This document shows, one piece after another, positions 29,178 through 43,140 of a stretch of DNA of 64,000 bases. This DNA comes from Eledone cirrhosa. Its lineage: Eukaryota. The stretch covers positions 55,242,001-55,306,000 of the forward strand of contig OZ024748.1 in NCBI GenBank assembly GCA_964016885.1, read 5' to 3'. How positions within the stretch are numbered: the stretch's first letter is position 1; each line of letters starts with the position of its first letter. A program made the translations under genes and the position numbers. The notes beneath the pieces were generated by a model. The model worked only from the letters and a program-made list of their open reading frames with translations. It did no database searches and was not told the origin of the DNA.

Positions 29178-29500
29178 ATGATGGCTGCCCCCTCGTTATC
29201 GAGTATGGCCATTGCACGATATTCCATTATTAATAATAATTAATTAATTCTATCGTGCAATGCCTGTGCGTGAAGATATTTTTTAAAGTGAGGAAAGACT
29301 GTGCACTGAGCCAATCCCTTTCTCTGAGCGACAGTAGCTATAACCCGAAGAGAAGAAAAGATCAACATCATCGGTAACTACTGAGCCGCAGGTTTTATAT
29401 CGGAGTTATCCCATACATACATACATACATACATACATACATACATACATACATACATACATGATGGCTGCCCCCTCGTTATCGAGTATGGCCATTGCAA
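29178..29500 (-). mobile_element. Related RTE-type fragments with (ATGT)n tails
   Basis: atgatggctgcccc...gagtatggccattgca occurs twice; the intervening part resembles 27200-27360. Confidence 0.5.
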
Positions 29501-29509
29501 GAGGAGAAA

Positions 29510-29576
<67 letters not shown>

Positions 29577-30409
29577 CATATACATATATACACATATATA
29601 TATATACAAACACACATATACATTAATAACAATAATAATAATAATAACAACAATAATAATAACGACAACAACAATAATAATATACATATACATATAACAA
29701 TAATAACGACAACAACAATAATAATATTATTATTGTTATTATTATTATTATTATTATTGTTATTAATGTATATGTGTGTGTGTGTGTATATGCACTTTGA
29801 TTTTTCAGTGACACATTACATTCTTCCTATTACTAATGAACGTTGCTCTCGCTATCTCAAACAGAAACATATATATATGTGTGTGTACGTGTCCGCGCTC
29901 ATACATATACACGAACCTCTTTGTTCTTTTTATTCCCATGTATATTATTTATATATATATATGTGTGTGGGGATGCCTTTATATACATGTGTATGGGAGC
30001 GGGTATGCCTTTATATTTAAACATATGTTGTGTGACTTAATTTTGCATATTAAATCTGGATGAGAGTTACACAACTCCGAAAAATTATATCACACTCATC
30101 TTTAAATAAATACCTCATTAGCGCTGAGAGAAAATTTGTTTTAACAAAATGAAGCCATGATTAGCTTCATTAGCACGTGGAACCAAAAAGTGACAGTAAC
30201 CATTCCCCAATACTGCTTCACAATCAGAACGGAGAATTTAATTGGTTATTGTTTCAAATGATTCGAGTGTAGAATTTTACGAGATGAAAAGAAATCTCCA
30301 TTTAGATTTGTCTGTCTTGTGAGTATAAATATATCTAGAAAGAACTCGGCCATGAAATGAAAGTTTTTGAACAGGAACATAAAGTGTTTTTTTTTTGTAT
30401 AATCTGTCA

Positions 30410-30745
30410 CTCTCCGACAGGCTTGCAGTTGAGCCCGTGGTAGTGGAGACTTATCGTATCCTTGGTCCTAGAGCCCCCCCCCCCCTACTCGCACCATCGG
30501 CACAGAGTTGGCTACCCGCAGGTGTGAGTCTCGTGAGCTGGAAAGGCGAAGAGCCTTTCCAGCGCGCCTCCTTCACCATCCCCCGGGGGAACGCCTTCTC
30601 TATCCTGTCCGCCGGTACTGCGAGCTGACCAGAGGGTGTAACCCCAATTGCTCACAATAGTGAGATATGGCGAGTGCAGGAGAGACGCAGGCAGTGCCAG
30701 TGGGAGTTTCGCTCCTTTCTGTTCGGACCTGGTGTATATATGTTT
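30410..30745 (+). mobile_element. CRE-like non-LTR retrotransposon 3' fragment (restriction-like endonuclease end)
   Basis: EPVVVETYRILGP...FQRASFTIPRGNAFSIL*, matching the PxAVET...QRxSxxIQRGNA motif; GC-rich island. Confidence 0.65.
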
Positions 30746-31230
30746 GTATGAGAGAGAATGAGACTAAAATTATAAAGTATAGTGACTGTTTATGACCACA
30801 AGTCATTGAGTTCAAGCCCTTATATATGTAGTTTCGAAGTTGCAACATTCATGTAGGAAGATAAGAATTTCTTTAAATCGTATATTTACATTTGTATATT
30901 TACATATCTTTACAAATATAGGTTCACATGACAGCCAGATTTGTGGTAGATTTGTTTGGGAAATGCTTTTACAAGATTGTTGACAAGATGGTCAGTAGTC
31001 AAATGAGCAGTTATACATATCTACCTATCGTCGGATAAAATTTACATCTATCTATCTATATTTATTTACTTGCCTGCATGCCTGCCTGTCTATTTGCCTA
31101 ATTTACATATCTGCATCTCTATGTCTTTTTGTAAATCTACAGTTATCCATTTCTATTTAACAGTGTATATGTCTTTTTTATTATAAACATGGCCATTTAG
31201 TACAGGTACTAGGTAGCACATATCTATCAA

Positions 31231-31288
<58 letters not shown>

Positions 31289-31910
31289 GGGGTATATATA
31301 TTTATATATATGTATAGGTATATGTGTGTGTATGTACACATACACACATATGCATATTTATATTGGCGTATATATATTTATGTATAGGCATATATGTGTT
31401 TATGTATACACACCAACACACATATATGTATATTTATATAGGTGTATATATATTTATATATACATATATAGGTATATGTGTGTATACACACACACACGCA
31501 CACACATATATGTATATTTATATAGGTGTTATATATAGGTATACGTGTGTATATATATATATATACACAAACAGACACCCACACATATATATGTCTATAT
31601 GCGTGTATGTATATATCCTTTTACCGATGTCTTGTATTACTCTGTCATTCAGAAGAAAGTTTCCCATATTTGACAGATACTCATTACTAGCAACTTTTCT
31701 ATGAACTCGTTTCGCCCCAAAATACATCACTTGCATTTCCTTAAATTACTTATTTATTGCACCGGCGCATCTTAGGATTGGAATCTCCCCAAACTGACAT
31801 TTCATAAAAACGCTGTAAAACGGAATGAAACAATTTCTCCAATGGCCGCCATAACAATGACATAATGAAGGAAATAATCCATACAAATTTCCTTCATTCT
31901 CTTTTTATGT

Positions 31911-31983
<73 letters not shown>

Positions 31984-32807
31984 GCGTGTGTTGATTATTT
32001 TTTTTCTTTATTTCTATATAAAGATATGTCTCCTCTTTTTCTATCCAAATCTTTCTATTTGACTTTTATTTATTTAGTTAGTTATTTTTATTTTTTTTAT
32101 ATTTTTTTTATTTTCTCGAGCAATCTTTTCTTCATTCGATAACAACCTTACTTCGGACTTGGGACGAATTCATTCATGCGAAATAAAAATGCAGGTGGAG
32201 TAGGAGAAGGTAAAATATAGCAGAGTGGGTGGTGTTGGTAGTGGTGGGGATATGGAAAGCTTTTAGCTAAATGTAACGTGTCTGTCGGTGGCAGAGGAAA
32301 AGTTCCATGTCGAATTTGATTGTCGGCCGAGAGCCCTAGAGATTGACTACTTTAGTGTCACTATGTGACAAGACACCCAATGAACCACTAATTATTTTTG
32401 ACATCCTGCCCTTCACTTGATTTAGCCACCTTTTGTGCAAATCCTGCTTAATAACTGCTTCTACCGTACCCATCAATTCCCCAACTCGAACTTTACTTCT
32501 CTATTTCTCATCTCCGCCAAACCTCTCCCCTTACTGCTTTGTCATTTTATCGAGTTCCTTCTGACATCCTCTCTCCCCTCAACCCACGCTTTACCTCTCA
32601 TAGTCGCTCATTCTCCACCTCACTTTAATCTTATCTCTCTCGTTTTCTATTCCTAATTCTTGGAATTTATTATCAAATCACACGCACACACACACACACT
32701 TTCACACACATATATATATGTGAATTTAGATGTGTATACGTAGATATGTTTATATATGTAATAGTTGGGACAGACGTCTAGAAGCCTAAAGCGGTAAGAT
32801 GGCATGC

Positions 32808-32852
<45 letters not shown>

Positions 32853-32962
32853 TACATGCACACACAAATGCGCACATATATACAAAAATGCACACACACA
32901 GATATATAATTATATATATAAATATATGCATACATAAATTCATACACCCACGTACACACATG

Positions 32963-33003
<41 letters not shown>

Positions 33004-33639
33004 GTATACATACGGAAAGAGATAGAGAGATAGATAGATGTGTATATGTGTGTGTATATATATACATATTTGTATGTATAGGTGTGTGTCTGTATATAAA
33101 TTTATATATATATATATACAGACATATGTATATGTACATATTTGCGTAAACGTATTTGTATGTATGGGTGTATATATATATAGGTTCCACAACATCACTT
33201 TCGCGTTCATTCTTTGGCAGTCCAACGCAAAACTTTCTTTTGACATATGCAAGACACTTACAAACAAGATTATTTTCGTAGAATCAAATATATTTGCATA
33301 GATTCGAAAAAGCACTCTTTATAATTATTCCTTATTCAATTTCCAGCAAGCTATTAGCAAATACCGACACCTATAGACACTACACATCACAAATTTTCTT
33401 TAACTAGCAAAAAGATGACATCTACGTTGTGGTTTGATATGTTAGAAGTAGCTACTATGAAAATAAGAAGTAAATAATGAATAATGTGGTTTGGAGTTGA
33501 CTATAACTAACATGACCTTAACTACTGATGTCTTGCTGGGGTGGCGTCATGTCTATGTCGTGTCTAGGTATTTTAAACCCAGCCCTCTGTATGTCTGAAG
33601 GCAACACGATTTCTTCTAGGTGAGGAGTCTAAAGCCTGT

Positions 33640-33890
33640 CTCGAGCCCGGAATCGCATTGGGCCGCAGTTTATCCTCGTTTCTGTGGTGTGAAATGACTT
33701 GAAGTAAAAGACACACACCCCTACACAGAATTCTAGTCCTTTGCAGGGTTAAATCCCCACCTATTGCTGGTACTGATTTTCAGGTGAGTATATTGGAGAA
33801 ACATGAAATTAAGTATTTAACTCGAGAACACAACACACAACCCAATCCAAGAATCGAACCCACAATATTTTGATCGTAGGGCTAACAATG
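33640..33890 (-). mobile_element. tRNA-derived SINE, diverged
   Basis: gaatcgaaccc B-box complement and gaacacaacacac body. Confidence 0.45.
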
Positions 33891-33939
33891 TTATAATAGG
33901 TCATAAACATCAGATGAATAGAGAGAGAAGAAAGAACCA

Positions 33940-34420
33940 GAGTACTGGACTAACCAACTCCATCTTAATCGTGGTCTATCATTGTGTTTCCTGCTGGTTG
34001 GCCTTTCCCTTAAAATCTGTGCAGCGATTCTTTATTTAGATATCATAAACATATATACTTTGTACCGGAGCTTTGATCCCTAGCTTTAGATTACAAGCGG
34101 ATCTATCTAGTGTGACTCCTTGATCGCCAAACTAAGCACCCTAAACGTTGTCCCAAAATAATTCTTATGAAGCTAATTTTGGCTGCTTGCATTCACGATC
34201 GTATTATTTCTGTCATTACCCAAGATTCATTACTATAGTTAAGAGTAGGCAGAAATACCGAATTGAACATACGGAGTTTGGCTTTTACACCTACCTCCCC
34301 CCGTTTAATAAGTGGTGAAGCTGGGGCGTTATTGTATCAGCTCCACCAATTCTTGCATATAATTCAGATTCTTGTCTTATAGCGCTCGTGAATTCGACCC
34401 CGAGATACTTGAAGTTAATA
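33940..34420 (-). mobile_element. Decayed RTE LINE ORF fragment
   Basis: Minus strand reads FKYLGVEF...KAKLRMFNSVFLPTLNYSNESWVMT. Confidence 0.7.
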
Positions 34421-34652
34421 ATTTTTGCTTGTATTTAAATAACGAAAAATTATCTTCTGTTAATAAATGTTTAATGGACACATAGATTTAGGAAATTTAT
34501 TTTCAGAACTAAACATAACGAGATAAGGAAATATGAAGTCCTTATATAAATGATCAAATTCGATCACAGTTATGTTTCAATATAGCATTAGAAAGAAAAA
34601 CTTTTCATTACTTATGTGTCTGTTTCTATGAGTGTATACGACTCAGTACATA

Positions 34653-34685
<33 letters not shown>

Positions 34686-34880
34686 GTAAAGTGCTTACAC
34701 ACTTTACAAATTATTCCCCGTGATTGTTTCATATGTTTATTATATATATATATATATATATGTCAATCTATTTCTAGTTGATATAAAATCTTCGAATCTA
34801 TTCATTGGAATCTTTGAGCTTATTCTGCAGTGGATAAGGCGCATGTCTCTCAGACATGACAACCCTTAATTTAATTTTGG

Positions 34881-34911
<31 letters not shown>

Positions 34912-34926
34912 TATATTGTGTTCACG

Positions 34927-34964
<38 letters not shown>

Positions 34965-34967
<3 letters not shown>

Positions 34968-35405
34968 GAGGTTATATTTAATTTGTTGGGATTCAACAAG
35001 CTTAAACATTTTTATAACTGATATAAAGCACTCAACTGGTTAGTGGAGTAATTACACAATATATTAATAAATGGAAACTATATTTATAAAACCATATTTA
35101 TTTTATTATACATATTTCAAGGGCCACTAAGGCAAATTATGGTGCGCTTTCATCAGATAAAATACAGATTTGTTTTATAAATAAATATTGACATACCCGG
35201 AAAAAAAGACAACCTTAACCCAACTTCCAGGAAGCTCCAATCGTTAAGGTTGTCTTTTATCCGGGTATGTCAATATTTATTTATAAAACAAATCTGTATT
35301 TTATCTGATGAAAGCGCACCATAATTTGCCTTGGTGGCCCTTGAAATATGTATAATAAAATAAATATGGTTTTATAAATATAGTTTCCATTTATTAATAT
35401 ATTGT
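34965..35405 (-). mobile_element. Fold-back HHR-bearing PLE-like terminus, family D
   Basis: About 165-bp arms; shares aaatatggttttataaatatagtttccatttat and the tail with the 12050 copy. Confidence 0.75.
35297..35362 (+). ncRNA. Type I hammerhead ribozyme (mirror copy on the minus strand at about 35099-35165)
   Basis: tattttat-CTGATGA-aag...ctt-GAAA-tatgta-TA-ataaaata; 8-bp helix I. Confidence 0.8.
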
Positions 35406-35475
35406 ATATATATATATTGCGTGAACCCAATATAACCATGTACAATTGCCTCCTGTGTTTTCTTCATTCATTTTC

Positions 35476-35514
<39 letters not shown>

Positions 35515-35651
35515 TATATGGATTTATATTATATAATATATATAAAGTATGTGTGTGTATATATACAAATACATACATATATATGTATACATGTATGTAA
35601 CGAACTGACGTTAAACCAGGTACAACTGTGTGCGTACATGCGCGTGTGTTA

Positions 35652-35703
<52 letters not shown>

Positions 35704-35716
35704 GAGTGTAAGTACA

Positions 35717-35758
<42 letters not shown>

Positions 35759-36386
35759 TATGGGTGTGAGTACACACACAGACATATATATATATATGAG
35801 TGTAAGTACATATATGTATGTATATTTTAATGCATGTGTATTTGTTTTCATGTGTACATTTGTGAATACAAATATATTGAAGAACATGTCACATGCGTAC
35901 ACCTTTATTATTTCTTTAATAACCGGTCTGTAAATTGTCTTCTTGTAACTCACTTCTTTACGTTCACCTTGTGGGGCTTCACTTTCCTCATCCACCTCCA
36001 CCAAGTTGTCGACTCCTATTCGTTCTTCTTCTACAATAGCCACCTTCTATCACACTACCCCCCCCCCCTTCGAATATCCAGATTTTCTACTGACAAATTT
36101 AATGGAATTAATTATAAAAGACGAAAGGAGCAGAGTTAATGGTCTTATTTATTGATGGGCCGCTTACACCACAAGCAACGATTGATGTGTGACTAGAAAG
36201 GAAATGTTACTTAAATCTTATTAAATATGATAGAACTGTTTGATGTTGCCATTATATATCTGTGTATGTATGATTCTATCTATATATATATATGTAAATA
36301 TATACACACACACGCACACGGACACACACAAATATATTCATATGCATACATATACATGAATATGTATATATATATTTATATATATA

Positions 36387-36435
<49 letters not shown>

Positions 36436-36660
36436 ACCAGAAATATATGCATATGAATATTCATATGAATATGTATATGAATATGTATATATATATATAT
36501 ATATACACAAATATATACATACATAGTCATATGCATACATACATACACACACACATATATATATACAAACATATATATATACTCACGTTTATATATATAC
36601 ATACATGTATATATATATATGTATAAGTTCATATATACATATATGTATATATAGACATAA

Positions 36661-36692
<32 letters not shown>

Positions 36693-36758
36693 GCATGTAT
36701 GCATATATATATACACACATATGTATACATATGTGTATATATCTACATATACTTATGA

Positions 36759-36792
<34 letters not shown>

Positions 36793-36794
<2 letters not shown>

Positions 36795-37006
36795 GAGGGA
36801 ATCCCAAAAGTAATGTCTATAAAGCGATGGGCACGCAGAGAAACTGTTCGTACGGATGTTGGCAACACTGTTGTGATTGGTGCTTCCTTCACTCCCAAAC
36901 AAGCATGTGCGCGCTTCGGTGGGTTGCTCAATCTTGGCTTGGCAGCCGTTGAGAATGGAGCTCCCGTTGAACGCTACCGCCAAGTGCGAATGATTATCAT
37001 TTTTTC
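36793..37006 (+). mobile_element. Mariner-like 5' end remnant
   Basis: ta-CGAGGG...caaaagt TIR-like start, and MELPLNATAKCE resembling a mariner transposase N-terminus. Confidence 0.5.
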
Positions 37007-37024
37007 ATTACCAAGCGGATTACC

Positions 37025-37237
37025 AAGTCGGGCTAGATCGATACAGAGCGAACTTTGAGCTGATCGGTGGCGAAACGCGCGTCACCAACCAATAAACGCA
37101 ATGAAGTAGTAACCACTCGTCCTTGTTCTATTTTATTAAACTACACTCTGTCTAGCTCTATATCTCGATACTAACGTGAACCTAAACATCGAGAGCCTAC
37201 CCGAGTGAACAGACAGTAACTCCACGTTACACTCATT

Positions 37238-37240
<3 letters not shown>
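37025..37240 (+). mobile_element. Family C copy without inversion
   Basis: Shares gtcgggctagatcgatacaga...gaaacgcgcgtcaccaacc and the tail; ends in (TA)n. Confidence 0.6.
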
Positions 37241-37279
<39 letters not shown>

Positions 37280-37406
37280 TCACATACCAACGGTAAAGCA
37301 ATATACAATTCAATTTGTACGTAGGACATTTTTATTGAAAGAAGTATATAATCGGCAAATAGTTTAAGACTGAGCTCAATGTTTTATGTAAGAAAGGTTG
37401 TATATA

Positions 37407-37472
<66 letters not shown>

Positions 37473-37814
37473 GATTGAGATAGAGAGAGGGTGGTATAAG
37501 TACTTAAATATATATGTCTGTGCCATATAGATTGCTAGACAGATTGCAAGGATTCTAAATTAGGTCATTGTTCGTTTGCTATATTAATTGAGTTATATTT
37601 TTCCTATTGTTTGTTACCTGTCAAGCATGGCATAGAAGGCCTTTTTTCAAAGTCATATGGGTGTGACTGTTCTATTATTCTAATTTTACCAGACATAATA
37701 TATAAGTCAATATTACGATATCATAAGTGTTATTGTCCATCTTAAGCCCAGAGTCTATGTATTTGTCTTAGGGACTACGATTCTGCCAATTTGGTGCTTT
37801 TGGCATTAATTATA

Positions 37815-39224
37815 CTAGCTGACGTACCCAGCTTCACCCGGGTAAACAGATGATAAGAGAAGACAGGTAAAAGAGAAAATGACTGTATTGGATGTTTGTC
37901 TGGTTACAGTATGAGGCGAGTCCGTGGTGTCTGTGTGATACAAAAAACAGTAAAAAAAAATCTTCCAGATATACCAGATTCTTCGTTGTGCCGTTTGTGC
38001 ATAGTATATAAACAATTCTAGGTGCTCCCACCTAGAATAGTGAACCACATAATTAGTATTTTAAGCTCCGGTGACTCTTCATCATCCGGCATTCGCAAGG
38101 GTTCTAGTTGAACTGCTCCTTTATGACAGAACATTGTGGTTTGGTGACTCCAAAGTAATGGTCCACAATGTGGACACTGCGCGTCCACCAATCTGAAAAT
38201 GACACGGTTGCCATGATCCATTTTTAATATCATCCGTTCGCCTTCTAGCCTCTTTACTGGAATGAGGAGCACTTTGACAACACATCCTCTGAACTTCTGT
38301 ATTGCGCTGGGGCTGCTCAGCCAGCTGCTCTTAATCCATCGTTGTACTACGTTGCTGCTGAATTACAGCCATCTGCTGATGATGCTCAGCCAGTTCGTCT
38401 TCAACCATCGCAGCACGCTGTCGCTGTTTGGTTCCAGTGTTTCGTTGGCATTGTTCAGCCAGCTCCTCTTCATTCATGGCGGCACGTCTTCGCCTCTGAA
38501 ATTCGGCGTTCCGATGGCGCTGTTCGGCCCGTTTTTCTTCATTGTTGGCTGCACGCCGTCGCCGCTATAGTTCACTGTTTGATAAAGTCGAATTGTTTTT
38601 ATTATCAGTATTCATTTCGAGCAATTGTCAAATAATGACACATTAATAAATATAATATGTCGTCAATGTAAAAAAAAGGTCCCTATTTACTCCCTTCAAC
38701 TCAGTGTATGTTAGACTGACAGACAGGCACACAGACAGATAAACTGCGTGGCGATTGTGGAACGCCACACGTACACACACATACACGCATGGAAACGCGC
38801 ACACGCACGCACACACACTTACACAAACACCTGTACACTTACACACACTTACACACTCACACATGTTGATAGTTTTTACTTTCTGTGGAACGCTGCACGC
38901 ACGCACACACACTTAAACATACGCGCACGTACATACACACGCACACATGTTAATAGTTATTGCTTTCCTTCCCCTCTTATTTCCACACACATCAGACACA
39001 CACATGTCTCTTCACTGACACATATACATAGTGTATCCAACACAGCGTTCTTACTCTCCCCTCTCTGTTTCTTACTCTCCTCTCTCACTCCCTCATTGCC
39101 ATTATGCATATTAATTTAAGTTTGGCGTCGTTGAGGTGGGCGCAGTCGTTTGAAACCTATGAACCAATGATAATCGAGAAGTATAACACACGGAATACTA
39201 ACAAAGTTGAAATTAATATATAGA
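37815..39224 (-). mobile_element. Non-autonomous Helitron with a RepHel N-terminal remnant
   Basis: 5' TC and 3' hairpin (acccgggtgaagctgggt) plus CTAG, inserted at A|T. Minus-strand remnant CPHCGPLLWSHQTTMFCHKGAVQL resembles the Helitron Zn-finger, with R/E/Q-rich repeats upstream. Confidence 0.8.
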
Positions 39225-39429
39225 TTTCCAGGTTTAACGTGTTGACATATATCAATTTGAGATAGTACGGCTTATACAGATAGGTAACTATAGCAAACAG
39301 GCACATATTCGTTAGCGAGTATCTTACTCATTCGCGTTTTTGAGTTAATGGTGAGCGAATAAATGACAGATTTTGTCTAATTATATTTTCTAGGTTTTTC
39401 CTGTCGAAACGGTATCCGACTTTATTTAT

Positions 39430-40020
39430 TATGGTTGGATGTAATGAAATTAAGGAGACAAAAGTGTGTAGTAGAGCCACACACATTCGTGTGTTTGCAA
39501 TGTGTTTGGCGAGCTCACTGAATGCGTTAGTCGTTATCAGCGATTCAGTATGTGAGGTGTTTTACTATATACTTGCCACATCTTCAATTCAACGGACACT
39601 GCCAACAAAATACCTGGGTTCCTAAATACTGAGATAACTGGGTATGCGTCATGTGTGTATGGCTACGATTAGGAAACCAAGGTCATTCATCACATTAGGA
39701 TCATCCAGCATCACCATGATCAAATGGGGAGGCAAATCACGGTAATACATTGACATTATGAATAAGTACCTACAGGGTAAACTGCTGCAAAGGAATACTA
39801 TCAGAAATACCTGCGAAACTTCGAGGTGCAATATCGCCCAAGAGACTGAATTTGCAGAATACGCTAAACTGGCGCATATGTAGTATTAGCATGGCGCTTA
39901 GGCTCATTCGTCATAGCTCATCCTTGTTATTGGTTTTTTTTTGTAAAAAAGTCATTTTGCCCATACACCAGGCAACATACACTCCAGACTTGGCTAATTC
40001 CGACTTTTGTGAAACGCCAA
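39430..40020 (+). pseudogene. Decayed mariner transposase
   Basis: YTPDLANSDF (cf. YSPDLAPxDF), plus upstream LGMRHVC and VPTG*TAAKEYYQKYL, with frameshifts. Confidence 0.7.
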
Positions 40021-40792
40021 TCATGCTGGGAAAAGGTGATGTTAATGTGTGTGTGTGAGATGTGGGGGACTAATTTTACAAAACATATTTTTCATACTCC
40101 AAGGCATATCAGGCGGGCTTGCGTCGGTGGAGCTGGACTTATTCTATAAGAAACATTCCAATCGTACTTCGAACACAGGAAATACTATTAGGGTTAGTGT
40201 GGGGAGGCACAAGAGGACTAATTTGTAAGATTATCAATTGAACTTCCCATGTACGTAATTTGTTCCTCATCCTAAGGTCGGATATTCGAAAGATCTCATA
40301 TGTTCTGGATTTTAGCCAAAGTCAAAGCAAAGTACCCATCCTATGAAGGGATACAAACATTTACCTCACAATTACTACGACTATCGGCTGAAACATTCAT
40401 AAGGTGTTCAAGGTACTCTCGGGTAATGACAGAATGAGGTTTATTTTTCAACATAGTCCCTGGAAAGAAACAATACAGTTATTGATAAGAAAATTGGAGT
40501 TAATACATGACTTCACAGCTCTTGAATCATTCCTTCATAGTCATTCTATGCACTTTTCTGCTCATTCTCGGCGTCCAAAATTCTATCTATTCACCTGGCT
40601 GCAACACTCATGCTGTTAACTTGGACAAGAAATGTTGCAGTTTTCGACTCATTACCAACAGTATTAATAATATAATTATAGAAAATTGGCTAGTTCTTTC
40701 AACTTACCGCTTATATATATATATTTAATTATCTAACCCCAGGTTATCTTAGATCGAACAGACATATGGCATGTAGTTAGTCAACTGAAAAA

Positions 40793-41617
40793 CTAGGCAT
40801 GACCCAGGTCATTTCACTCAATTACACTCAACAACAATCTTAACAATCTCTTAATACTTTCCGAATCAGAAGCAATTTCTAGAGCATTAAGACAATGACA
40901 ATTCCATGTTTCCCATGATAGAAATTTGGACTCAAACGGGAGGGATGAAATAAACGGACAAATGCAAGGCAACACAATGCTCGTTAATTCAAGATAGCTG
41001 TCACTATATTCCGGAATGAATTAAATTTGTAGATAAGAGCTCTTATCAATTGAAAATAAAGTGTCTTAACCAGGTACTCAACACAATGTCATTTATTAGA
41101 TACAATACGGTGAGCGTCCCAGCTGGTGTTTCAGTAACTTGTTTGTAATAAACATCCTATACTACAAAAGCTAAAATTTCCGAGTCAAACAGTAGGTTCT
41201 CTCCGCTAGATATAGATGTATCAGCTCCCTCAATTCACACCCTGCAATATAAATCATCCGGTATGTTATTCCTACATACACAATGAAGGAATATAATTAG
41301 TATACAGAGTACTGAATTATATATTTACAACACACCAAAATAAATCAAATATGTTTAACAAATGATTTAAACTGCTAAACGGAATATTTTATACATATAT
41401 AATTTGCACATGAACAATAATTTTCGTTAAATTAATTCCCCCTTCTTCCTGACGCATACACACACATTCTTAACATACCCTTTTCACAGGATGTTTTATA
41501 AAGTAGCCTTTTAGCTCTATCTCTCACTCTCTCACATATTTTCCATCTCTTAACACCCTCTTTCCAGCATAAAAGAAGTTTTACACTACAGAAACATCAA
41601 CCTTTATATAATAGAGA
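40793..41617 (-). mobile_element. Possible old Helitron derivative
   Basis: Minus strand begins a|TCtctattatataaagg and ends atgacctgggtcatgcCTAG|t. Confidence 0.35.
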
Positions 41618-42849
41618 TATAAATAAACAGATTATTGCGGCTCATGTTCTTTCTCCTCTATGCCCAACGTCGAAAATTTGTGAAGGAGACAAATGAATAC
41701 TATGGAATAACACTACAGGGAATTTAGCTTTACCCAATACGAAAGACAGAGAGGACACTATTAAGACTTGGCTATAATTTTGTGAAAGAATAACGTCTTT
41801 CTACCAACAAGGGAGCCTGTACGAAACATCTTCCTCATATAACTAACACCATTGAATAATGTTTTGGCTGCACTTTATGTGTGTGTCTTCGTCTCCAGGT
41901 TTAACTGCTACATTTCTTCGAGTATTGCATGGCTTAATTCTATACACGTAGCTTTAGGTTTGTTTTCTCCAACTACGGCGCTTGGCTATTTTGTCAGAGA
42001 CTGTGATTCCGGATAAGTAATGATGGAAACTGTGTACGTCCATTTTGATGACTGATGTCTACGGGATCTTGAACTTGTCAATATTACACACACACATATG
42101 TATAGGATGGAAGGGTCAGGGCAAAAATTCCTTTCATCACAGAACTGAGCAATCGGGGTTGAGTGTTAAAGACATCGCATATCACGTTTTGTAGTTAAAA
42201 GTAAAATATCAGAAAATCTTAAATACCATAGTATATGCGGTCTGCTGAAAATGTTTGATCACAATGTGATATAGCTTCATATTATCTTGATTTTGTTTTA
42301 CTCATTGCATTTTGACTGGTTTAATGACATGTCTAATGATAGTTGTTACACCGTTCGCTAAAGAGAAAGAAAAGAAGGAATACTTAATCAAGTTACCTTT
42401 AGTAATCTCATCACACATTTAAGTGTGTTTTAATGAAATTTCGTATAAAGTCAATTTCCTTTCATCAAAATAATTTGTACTAAGATTTTAGTATTATGTA
42501 TGTAGATTAATGAATATATGTATGTCTATGTGTGTGTATAATGTCTAATTACTCTTTCTCACTGTATACCCCTCACTCATATCTTTTGCTGTTTATCTAT
42601 CATTTGCTTTCCATTATCCACTTGTTTCTCTTTGTCACATATTATACTTCCCCTCCTTGGTGGGGAATCGACCCCACTACTACAATGGTACTTATTTTAT
42701 CGACTTAAACATGCTGAAAATCAAAAATGACCGCGGTGGGATTTGAAAACAGAGAGCCGAAAGGTATACCGGAAAGTGTGTGTTTATATATATATATTTA
42801 TATATATATATTTATATATATATATTTTATATATATTTATATATATATA

Positions 42850-43053
42850 AAATTTAATATAGAAATTTCTTTTACAGAACTAGAACTGTTTCTTCCCTGG
42901 AAATCATGAGGGCTTTGCTGATGATTTCCTTTGAATGAAACAGTTCTAGTTCTCTAGAAGCCATTTCTATATTAAATTTGTTTTATACACTCTACTAATG
43001 TATTGAGTACATTATACCTTATTTACTGTGGTCCCCCTGATTGAACCCGGGAC
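42850..43053 (+). mobile_element. Fold-back insert with HHR-like core
   Basis: aatttaatatagaaat...agaactagaactgtttc / gaaacagttctagttct...atttctatattaaattt. Confidence 0.58.
42911..42962 (+). ncRNA. Degenerate hammerhead-like motif in a fold-back insert
   Basis: ggctttg-CTGATGA-tttcctttgaat-GAAAC-agttctagtt...aagcc. Confidence 0.5.
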
Positions 43054-43109
43054 TCACACATACACACACATACACACACACACACACACACGGATATATA
43101 TATATATGT

Positions 43110-43140
<31 letters not shown>

